A DNA stretch of 64,000 nucleotides, taken from sequence record NC_061418.1; one strand, written 5' to 3'. A program made the translations under genes and the position numbers. Shown piece after piece: positions 6,363-14,377 of the stretch (position 1 is the stretch's first letter; each line of letters starts with the position of its first letter). The notes under the pieces were generated by a model. That model worked only from the letters and a program-made list of their open reading frames with translations. It ran no database searches and was not told the DNA's origin.

Positions 6363-7631
6363 TTAACGACCGATAAAGCCGCCTTGTTTGATCTCGCTTT
6401 GCAGCGCCTGATACGCTTCCCAGTTTAATGCTTCCGCTAAGCTGAGTTTGGACACGTTACCGAAATCAATTGGAGGATGCCCTATCGCAGCGCGGGCGGC
6501 ATTAGCTTGATCAGCTGTTAACGCTTTGAACGGGATGACGCGTAAAGTACGACCTGGACGATACAGGGCATGATCAACGTCTTTTAACGACGTGATGTTA
6601 GTTGAGATAATGAATTTGACATTACCAGAGGTGATCCCTTCGGCAGCATTCAGTATCCCAGCCATCAGACTGTTACCCATATCACGTGCTTCGATCATTT
6701 CATGGGCGTCTTCAGTCACCAACCAGCTGTTACTTGGCATGTCGTGAACGTAAGGTGTAAACCGCGGGGATTTAAATACCGGGTTATCGTCGCAAACAAA
6801 TACGGTACCGTAAGAGTTCTCATCTTTCCACTTGATCATCTCGGCGATATATTGGCTCTTACCTAACCCTGGCTCGCCGTACAAAATCAGTACGTTCGAG
6901 TCACTGGCTTCAAACTCGGCTGCCATCTCACGAGGTGACTTGGGTGCGAATGGCCAAAAGGCTTTTGGATCGGTAACTGTGCGCCGTTGTTTCAGTGTTT
7001 TATATTGACTTTGAACATCATTGTTACCTGTTAAACAGAGCCGACGAATGGTAATATTCTTCTCTTTATTCTGGAAGCTGTTGAAAATATCTTTGAGGAT
7101 TTTCCCGATCGAAAAGTCACCAACGTAAAAAAATCTTTGTTGGCTACCATTATCTTCTATTTGGCATGTCCCTACAATTTTATCATCACGAAAGATAAAG
7201 AAGCTCCTGTGGCTAAATGGTTCAGTATAGATTCCGTACTGATTCATTTTGTCCAAGAAAAGTTTCAGTACTTCCATTTCAAATTGAAAGGCCGTATCAC
7301 CAAAAGGACGTTCGTAGTTAATGAACGTTTGAATACTCACTGCTTCCCTTTCAAGCAGTTGAAAGAAACGCATTAGCAATACCTGACTATTTAAGTTTTC
7401 GCTAACTCGTTCTACCGTGGGGTAAAGTCCTTTAAAAATCAGACGGTGGAATTCTTTAATTTCTTCGTACTTTTTAGCGCGAGATGCTTCATTAAGCGGT
7501 GGGTAATTCAATAATATCTCATGGAAAATCGCAGTACGAGAAGATAATAGAGTATTAGTTTCTTCTTCAACTGCTTCTTCCCAAGGTGCTAGAAGTTCTA
7601 CTGATTCTTCGCGGAAAGCATGTAAGGACAT
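6363..7631 (-). CDS. AAA+ ATPase, paralog of 4665-5834
   Basis: GEPGLGKS, WLVTED, LNAAEGITSGNVKFIISTN, DHALYRPGR. Confidence 0.85.
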   Translation of the reverse strand: MSLHAFREESVELLAPWEEAVEEETNTLLSSRTAIFHEILLNYPPLNEASRAKKYEEIKEFHRLIFKGLYPTVERVSENLNSQVLLMRFFQLLEREAVSIQTFINYERPFGDTAFQFEMEVLKLFLDKMNQYGIYTEPFSHRSFFIFRDDKIVGTCQIEDNGSQQRFFYVGDFSIGKILKDIFNSFQNKEKNITIRRLCLTGNNDVQSQYKTLKQRRTVTDPKAFWPFAPKSPREMAAEFEASDSNVLILYGEPGLGKSQYIAEMIKWKDENSYGTVFVCDDNPVFKSPRFTPYVHDMPSNSWLVTEDAHEMIEARDMGNSLMAGILNAAEGITSGNVKFIISTNITSLKDVDHALYRPGRTLRVIPFKALTADQANAARAAIGHPPIDFGNVSKLSLAEALNWEAYQALQSEIKQGGFIGR

Positions 7632-7657
7632 TGACTGTCTCCTTGAACAAAATGGAT

Positions 7658-8296
7658 TTAATTAATGGGAACTAAAACAGGATGATTCTCTGCTTTACTG
7701 ACTAATTGCGCCTTTGTCTTCTTGTCACCAATCATGGCGTTTCCTTTCCCTGAAACAAACTTCACAAAACCCTCGCCTTTACCCAATTGGTTGGCTATTA
7801 CCCTACCTTGTTTTTCAATAAAACGCCGATCTGTCCCTAAGGCTTTATTCGCCAATTCCCCGTCAACAAAAGCACTTCCGAAATAATTAACGCGAAACAC
7901 CTTTGTCTTGCCGCCCAACAAGTAAGGAACTTCTATTCCTTTTTCGGGTAACGCGTCAACGTACTTTAACGAAGAGAAAATAACGCGCGCACTTCTCCCT
8001 TTCTCAACCCCTTTGTGAATCAACATGACGATATCGTCCGCTAAGGTCTTCCAGCTATAGGGGTATAAGTTCCCGTGGAAATAAATCCCGATCAGTTGCG
8101 ACAATTCCCCTTGGGTATTTATTGCCATTAACCCGTCGAAGTCACGCACTTTGTGCATATCGCAGGTTAAGCTCACAATTGCGCGCTCACCAAAGAAGAT
8201 ACTGGCTTTTACCAACTCCCCGTGTTTACCTACTTCACCGATAATCGATTGTTTTTTATCCGTGTACCGAAAAGTTGTATTCAACACTCGACTCAT
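7658..8296 (-). CDS. Hypothetical protein
   Basis: 212-aa ORF, RBS AGAGGGG. Confidence 0.7.
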   Translation of the reverse strand: MSRVLNTTFRYTDKKQSIIGEVGKHGELVKASIFFGERAIVSLTCDMHKVRDFDGLMAINTQGELSQLIGIYFHGNLYPYSWKTLADDIVMLIHKGVEKGRSARVIFSSLKYVDALPEKGIEVPYLLGGKTKVFRVNYFGSAFVDGELANKALGTDRRFIEKQGRVIANQLGKGEGFVKFVSGKGNAMIGDKKTKAQLVSKAENHPVLVPIN

Positions 8297-8308
8297 GTCG
8301 TCCCCTCT

Positions 8309-8656
8309 TTAAACCAATAACCCTAAAGCAATACCAAAAAGCGTACCGATGAAAATCCCTAAGACAACGGGTTTAAATGCACTACTCAGCGATCCATTAC
8401 GCTCTAAGAGACGTTCCCTTTCTTTGGCCAGTAATTCCTGTTCTTTCTCGTTTAACGCGTCAGCGTGGCGCTGAGCGTCTTCTGCGGTCTCATACACCGA
8501 GAAAGTCCGACAACCAAATTGATCAGTTTCATGCGTATAACGGTATTCGTCGTCGTAGCTCGTGACCTTTCTGTCCATGGGTAAGTCGTTAATCGACAAC
8601 TGATATTTATTGTACATCACGACGTAACCCTTTTTGTATCGATTGATTCCGTACAT
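8309..8656 (-). CDS. Hypothetical protein with C-terminal transmembrane anchor
   Basis: Ends in VVLGIFIGTLFGIALGLLV, preceded by a coiled-coil-like stretch; RBS GGAGG. Confidence 0.65.
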   Translation of the reverse strand: MYGINRYKKGYVVMYNKYQLSINDLPMDRKVTSYDDEYRYTHETDQFGCRTFSVYETAEDAQRHADALNEKEQELLAKERERLLERNGSLSSAFKPVVLGIFIGTLFGIALGLLV

Positions 8657-8700
8657 TTCATTTCCTCCGTTAAGTAATGAATTTTATCGAGGGGTATTTT

Positions 8701-9042
8701 TTATTTTTCCTGTATATCAAATTCCCGGTAGCGTCTAATAAATTCTAACACTCCTTTTGCCCACCGGGCGTTAAAAGTGGCTCTGTCCAGCGAATGGTAC
8801 AGGATGACAGTATCATCCTGCCAACCCTCTTTACTTTTCCGTAGCCAATCGATAAAGAGACGTAACCCTTCGGCTTTTTCAGATTCTTGAATAAAGCGTG
8901 TATACTGGTCGACGTCCTGAGGATCTTCTTTCTTTAAACGTAAGAGATCCTTTTGAAGCTGATTCACGATTAACTCAAAACGAGCAGTGTAACGATCCTC
9001 CTGAGTTAATCGGTTAAAATCCAAATAGGGTTCTTTGGTCAT
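8701..9042 (-). CDS. Hypothetical protein
   Basis: 113-aa ORF, RBS AAGG. Confidence 0.65.
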   Translation of the reverse strand: MTKEPYLDFNRLTQEDRYTARFELIVNQLQKDLLRLKKEDPQDVDQYTRFIQESEKAEGLRLFIDWLRKSKEGWQDDTVILYHSLDRATFNARWAKGVLEFIRRYREFDIQEK

Positions 9043-9066
9043 TTCTTTTCCCTTTCCCTTTAAAAC

Positions 9067-9465
9067 TCAATTGATTGCCGTAGACTTCTCTACACTGCCG
9101 TAACGGTTAATAACTAATTCAGTACCGTCTCGTTCAAAGTACGGCTGAAGAACCATTACCCCATTACTGTTATCAATGACCTTGTAAAAGACGGCTGAAA
9201 CACCGTACTCGTTGTAAACGACGGCTTTAATGCAATGTTCAAAGGTCTCCTCGTTTAACGTTTGGAAGGGGATCATCATGAAACCGTCGCCTTCTTTTTT
9301 GTTGATGTAAATAACATTGTCCCCTGGAACGAGTTCTTCTAACGTACTCGGGTTGTAGAAGTCAAAGTTACCTGCGGGGGTTCCCAGGGTGATATCTTTC
9401 GTTCTTACTTTGGTCATCTGTGGGGTATTCATTTTTCTTCCTTCAATGAAACATAAAACATCCAT
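9067..9465 (-). CDS. Hypothetical protein
   Basis: 132-aa ORF (true start may be MNTPQ at 9432). Confidence 0.6.
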   Translation of the reverse strand: MDVLCFIEGRKMNTPQMTKVRTKDITLGTPAGNFDFYNPSTLEELVPGDNVIYINKKEGDGFMMIPFQTLNEETFEHCIKAVVYNEYGVSAVFYKVIDNSNGVMVLQPYFERDGTELVINRYGSVEKSTAIN

Positions 9466-10103
9466 CTTTGAGTGTTGTGAGCAAAATCACCTTTAATCAC
9501 GACGCTCTCTGTAGGGTTGTTCTCGGACGAGAACAACCTTTCTGCTGCATCCCTGATAATCTGGATGTTATCACGGAAAAGGTCGCTCTGTTGTAGACGG
9601 TGAGTTTCCCTGAAACCAAATGCCTCAAACGGAATATTTTGGAACTCCTTTAAACCCCTTTCGACTAAGAAGTCTTGATCATCCGTATGAAAACCTCCCA
9701 GAGCCTTATAATTTTCTGGGGGAACTATGGCTATCTGCCAATTTCCGGCTGAATAACAAGGGAGTTCAGTCAGAATGAATTCTATCTCTTTGTGCTCAGA
9801 ATCGATAATGTTAGGGCCTTTTAACTCTTTAATAATCTGAGAAATCCTGGCCGAAGAGAGTTCGTACATCTCCGCTAATTTCCTTTGTGGGATACCGGAT
9901 AAAAACCCCACGCCAATATTCAGCTTTTTGATCTCTGCTAAGATCGCTTTTGTTTCCGCAAGCATCTTATCAATCTCAGGGTTAGCTTGACCCAGCTTAT
10001 GCTGATACTCTAACCTTTCAACAATAGTCTTTGTTAAAGTTAATAAGTCAGTCTGTGTATTTGTCCATTTCACTAACTCCTCAATACTCAACGATTTCTT
10101 CAT
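9429..10103 (-). CDS. HTH-containing protein
   Basis: GIPQRKLAEMYELSSARISQIIKEL is an HTH pattern; RBS GAGGAGG before ATG at 10103. Confidence 0.6.
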   Translation of the reverse strand: MKKSLSIEELVKWTNTQTDLLTLTKTIVERLEYQHKLGQANPEIDKMLAETKAILAEIKKLNIGVGFLSGIPQRKLAEMYELSSARISQIIKELKGPNIIDSEHKEIEFILTELPCYSAGNWQIAIVPPENYKALGGFHTDDQDFLVERGLKEFQNIPFEAFGFRETHRLQQSDLFRDNIQIIRDAAERLFSSENNPTESVVIKGDFAHNTQRWMFYVSLKEEK

Positions 10104-10439
10104 CTTTTCCTCCTCAAGAGACATAATCCCAGAGGAGAGTTTTATACTCTCTCTCCAGGTCAATTATTCGTATTGTTAACTACCAGCGTAATCTTCATTT
10201 CAATCAGATTACTTGAAGGAGTATTACTCCCTTCCGGTACCTCTTTACCTTAACCGAGAGTTCACTGTGTTCACTCTCTCTAAGGAAGGTACCTGCAGTA
10301 CGTAATAGCTAACTGTTTCGGATTGGTGCATTATTTAAAACCACCCCCTTTCCCCCAAAACTTTATTTTTACCATTACCCTCAAAGTGACCAGTAAAACG
10401 ACCTTTGATTCACATATAAAGAAAAAGCGTTAAAAAATA

Positions 10440-11411
10440 TTAATTACTTTTCTCAATAAACCGATAACGAAATAATTCAGTTTCAATAATCGGGAAATAG
10501 GATCTGTCACGGTATTCGTTTAAGATCAAATTGTGGTAAAAAATCGCCTTCTTAAACTCGCTATCTGATTTATGAACATCCCTATAACGATTGATAGAGG
10601 GTCTTTCATAATACGCGTAACCAAGAGAAACGATCAGGTTGATGAGTTTACTTTGAGTATCGATCCCATCTAAGGATTCGTAGTGATCGAAATAATCTTT
10701 GTAAACATTATCGGATGGATCTAAAACGAAACGATCAAAATTCCAGCCAGAGTGCCTGATGACCAACTGGTATTTTTCTGGATTGCGTAGAATAAGATCC
10801 AGTGGAACACCCAGTCCAAACTCATCTTCGTTATCGCCATGATAAAGAGAATTAACCTCTCGATCAATGAGTTCAATAACACGTTCCTCTGGTAAATTAA
10901 CCGAAAATTGAAGCTCCTTCATTCTGCGAATATTGGCAATGACCCCAGCTAACTCCGGATCTTTAGGTTTCCTTAATAACCCTACCCCAAAGTCGGTGTC
11001 AATTTGAAAGGTACATTTATCGGAAGTTAAATTTTCGATATACCGCCGGGCAGCCTCTTGAAAATATTCAGTTATTTGACTATCGTCAAGGGCTAAATCG
11101 GTAAAGCAATATTCGGCCTCAGCAAAACGCCGAAATAAATCAACCACGGTTTCTTTCCGTTTCTTCTTATCCCATGAAGGATTAAAATGAGTACTGGTAG
11201 CAACGTTGGATCGGAATAAAGAATCACCCGGTAGCCGTACCATAACCCCATTTCGCTGACTGAAAAATTGTACAGCAATGAGATCTTGTTGATCTATTCC
11301 AAAAAGATGATTGAACCGTTCAATTGAGTTCTCTAAATCTTTACCATCGAAATAAATGTCGAGATCATTATTTTCTTCTACTTGCTCCGTGCGATACAGT
11401 GTCTTTTTCAT
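10440..11411 (-). CDS. Hypothetical protein
   Basis: 323-aa ORF, ATGA-coupled to the upstream gene. Confidence 0.75.
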   Translation of the reverse strand: MKKTLYRTEQVEENNDLDIYFDGKDLENSIERFNHLFGIDQQDLIAVQFFSQRNGVMVRLPGDSLFRSNVATSTHFNPSWDKKKRKETVVDLFRRFAEAEYCFTDLALDDSQITEYFQEAARRYIENLTSDKCTFQIDTDFGVGLLRKPKDPELAGVIANIRRMKELQFSVNLPEERVIELIDREVNSLYHGDNEDEFGLGVPLDLILRNPEKYQLVIRHSGWNFDRFVLDPSDNVYKDYFDHYESLDGIDTQSKLINLIVSLGYAYYERPSINRYRDVHKSDSEFKKAIFYHNLILNEYRDRSYFPIIETELFRYRFIEKSN

Positions 11412-11650
11412 GCGACCTTCTCCCCGTACTTCAAATTGACGACAAACCCAACTTTCTCTAACCCGGAAAGATCTCTCTGACCTAACATGCGAAGGAAAGT
11501 TTGATTAATGACAATCTGGCTACGGATCCCGACAGGCAGTCGTTTTCTTTCACGTAACGCTTCACGAATACGTTTACGAAAATTCTTACAAGTTTCTTCA
11601 TCCAGCGTCGCCAGCTTTTTCAGATCGTGTTCAATCAGTGCTAAAGTCAT
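11408..11650 (-). CDS. Hypothetical protein
   Basis: 80-aa ORF, RBS AAGGA. Confidence 0.6.
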   Translation of the reverse strand: MTLALIEHDLKKLATLDEETCKNFRKRIREALRERKRLPVGIRSQIVINQTFLRMLGQRDLSGLEKVGFVVNLKYGEKVA

Positions 11651-11663
11651 GTTATTTTCCTTT

Positions 11664-12029
11664 TTAGTGTTTAATGAGTCTGTTGAAGTATTCGTCAGGG
11701 ATAGTAACTAAGGGTTGAGATTTCCCTTCGCTGATTAATCCGATCGGAAAACCCTGATCACTGTACCCGATGATTTTCACTAATCGGATATGTTTAAGGT
11801 GTCCCGATTGATAAACAACATTATTCCGTCGTTTCCATTCTTCGATCAACCGCTGTTCTTCGAAGAAGTCATTGGCGGTCGTTAAATAACCCTCAGGAAT
11901 CTCTGAGGGCGTTTTCACTGCAATAAGGTAGTACTTATCCAAAACTAACTGATCGATGCTCAGAGGCGCATTCAGGAACCCTGACATCGGTCGAGTTTGG
12001 TTAGCGGTAATATCGATCGTGACTTTCAT
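11664..12029 (-). CDS. Hypothetical protein
   Basis: 121-aa ORF, RBS AAGGA. Confidence 0.65.
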   Translation of the reverse strand: MKVTIDITANQTRPMSGFLNAPLSIDQLVLDKYYLIAVKTPSEIPEGYLTTANDFFEEQRLIEEWKRRNNVVYQSGHLKHIRLVKIIGYSDQGFPIGLISEGKSQPLVTIPDEYFNRLIKH

Positions 12030-12038
12030 CCTTCGTCC

Positions 12039-12482
12039 TTAAAAATACAAATGAACATCAACTAAGGCTGCACCCAATTCATCGTCTGTCATCCTCCTCA
12101 CGATGACCGGGTCTAACTTACCGTTACCACAGCCCAAATGCGTTAATGCAAGCGTGTTGACCTGTTCCCGTTCTACAAAGACTGCGATCCGTTTTAAACA
12201 GGCTTCTACCCACGGGTACCGAGAAGGGTAACGCCAATGGTCTTTAGTCGCCGCCAGTAACAGTCGCGTCCCGTCGTTCGCTTCCGTATACCAGACGTTC
12301 CCTGGTTTCCATTGGGCTTTATCGCACTGCGCTCTATACCGCGCGTAGACCTCAGGGTAGCGTTGCTTGCATGTCAAGGCGACTCCAGCACCCATTGCCC
12401 CTACGCAATTTACGGTTACGACCTTTACGACCTCAGCCTCTTCCTCAAACAAATCCCCTTTCCGCAAATATAAAATACCCAC
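12039..12482 (-). CDS. Macrodomain protein (Poa1p/DarG-like ADP-ribose hydrolase fold)
   Basis: KGDLF...VVTVNCVGAMGAGVALTCKQRYP...TK.HWR.PS....E..L...LG.GNGKL. Confidence 0.85.
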   Translation of the reverse strand: MGILYLRKGDLFEEEAEVVKVVTVNCVGAMGAGVALTCKQRYPEVYARYRAQCDKAQWKPGNVWYTEANDGTRLLLAATKDHWRYPSRYPWVEACLKRIAVFVEREQVNTLALTHLGCGNGKLDPVIVRRMTDDELGAALVDVHLYF

Positions 12483-12584
12483 TTTCTTCTCCTGTTCTCA
12501 TTATCGTTAAATGCTTCACAGAATCCATCCTCAGCGGTTTTCTCTTCAAACCCGACCAAAGATATCTCTAAACAAAGAAAATGG

Positions 12585-13265
12585 TTAACGTTGCCAAATA
12601 GGGAGATTTCTTTTCTTCAGGTCTTTTACCCGTGACATCCAAAACCGATGACTCAGTCGATACGGATACGGTAACAATACCCGACCATTATCCACAGGTT
12701 CAATCGAGTCAGTAAAGTACGCGTTCGGACTGGAGATCGGATAGGTCGTCACGACGACATCGGTACCTGCCTTCTGTCTCTTTTCTAAACGCCTTTGAAA
12801 CCGCCGGAGCTTGTAACGGTTTGCTTTTCGTCTTTGAGGTTCTACCGCCAACCCGTAGTACTGCACAAACGCTTTGAGCGCTACAGTTAAACGAGCGTAG
12901 GGAGAGAGTGCCACTTTATCCCAATCCACTACGTGCCCTGAACCATCGTGTTCCACATCCATATTCGGGAACATCTCACCGACCAACCAATACTCGCTGA
13001 CACTGGTACTATAGCCCAGGGGTTGGAGCGAATCGAAGGCTTTCCCATCGACCTCAATCCACGCGTGCCAGCCGTGGTCATTCCAGACGGCGCTATAGCC
13101 TTTCTTCAGGAGCGCGACACTCAGCGCTTGTCGAACTTGATAACAGCACCCGTTACTGAGAATGAATCGACTCTCGTCGACTGTTTCGTATTTCGGTCCT
13201 GTCAGATGAAATAATGTAATCAACGTTTTTAAGCAATCTTGTACGTACAACTGAGCTTCGGTCAT
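12585..13265 (-). CDS. Putative Cys-His-Asp (transglutaminase/papain-like) fold protein
   Basis: NGCCYQV...WHAWIEVDGKAFDSLQPLG motif spacing. Confidence 0.45.
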   Translation of the reverse strand: MTEAQLYVQDCLKTLITLFHLTGPKYETVDESRFILSNGCCYQVRQALSVALLKKGYSAVWNDHGWHAWIEVDGKAFDSLQPLGYSTSVSEYWLVGEMFPNMDVEHDGSGHVVDWDKVALSPYARLTVALKAFVQYYGLAVEPQRRKANRYKLRRFQRRLEKRQKAGTDVVVTTYPISSPNAYFTDSIEPVDNGRVLLPYPYRLSHRFWMSRVKDLKKRNLPIWQR

Positions 13266-13717
13266 TTCTCCTCCGTTTGGTATTTTAAGAGCATAAAACG
13301 AAGTCCCTCACGGACTCCGATAAATAGTTAATCAAATAGTATTTAAAAAATGATTACCCTAAAAGAATAGGTCAACCCCAGTAACCGGCAAGGATGTCGT
13401 TCAGTCTACTCGATCTCGCTCCGTTCCGTATCCTCCCCCTCTACGAGTGTGAGTCTACTACACTACTCTCGCTCTCGTTCCCTTCACTCCTCTCTTCTTG
13501 CCGGTTTCAATTTTGTTCATAATAATAAAAGTAGTAAAATTTTAATTTCCTCTATTCGAACGTTAGAGAGAATAGATTAGGAATATTTATTTCTTAGTTT
13601 ATTTAATCCTTGAATTAACGATACTAAAGAATCTTTCGATAGAAAGAAATAAAACTCTCCCTCCTTCCGTCAGGAGAGAGATTGCCGTTCGGTATAAGTG
13701 AATAGGCGGCGGGGCGA

Positions 13718-14200
13718 TCAGCAGCGGCGAACCAGGTTGGCGGCTTTGAACATGGCCCGCGCCTTGTCGTCGAAGTGCGTCTCGTTTAAAATTCCTTCTC
13801 GTTTTAATTTCGTAAAGAAGCCGCAGCTTTGCAAGTCCCATGGATGCCAATAGACTTCTTTATCCTCTGCCTCTGGCATAATCGCTTTTACCAATTCTAC
13901 TGCTAAGCCGGTTCCCCGATAACTAGACCTCACGTAAAGCATTCCTTCCCAGACTCGTTTGTTCCCGCGTTCCCCTGGTATTAATACCACAACAGCGTCT
14001 TCCCGGTAGAAAATCGCTCGGCATGGAATCTCTCCTTGCCGTTGGTCGTAGAGCGCCTCTAACATTTTCCCTTTGTACAAATAGAGTTCGTGTTCCAGAC
14101 ACAAACGATAAATCTCGCTGCTGTCGTTAATCTGTACGAAAGTCTCTTTAAAACGTTCCGTGATAGTCTCTACGCTTTTTATTAGTTTTGGACGAGTCAT
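13718..14200 (-). CDS. GNAT-family acetyltransferase
   Basis: Acetyl-CoA-binding motif A LYVRSSYRGTGLAVELV and later GFFTKL. Confidence 0.75.
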   Translation of the reverse strand: MTRPKLIKSVETITERFKETFVQINDSSEIYRLCLEHELYLYKGKMLEALYDQRQGEIPCRAIFYREDAVVVLIPGERGNKRVWEGMLYVRSSYRGTGLAVELVKAIMPEAEDKEVYWHPWDLQSCGFFTKLKREGILNETHFDDKARAMFKAANLVRRC

Positions 14201-14254
14201 TTTATTCCCCTGAAAATGAAATCGCTTACAGAGCTTCCTGTTAGCTCTATTAAG

Positions 14255-14262
14255 GTAATATA
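14255..14262 (-). promoter_or_regulatory. Putative early promoter motif TATATTAC
   Basis: Exact match to the phiKZ early consensus, 55 nt upstream of the GNAT gene. Confidence 0.6.
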
Positions 14263-14377
14263 TGTTTTAAACCAACTTCACTGGTTAATTAACTTCTTAC
14301 TATTTTAACGATAACAAAATAATTACACAGGCGCACGACTGAGAGAGGCAAAACCTCTCTCAGTCGATGTGTTTTAC

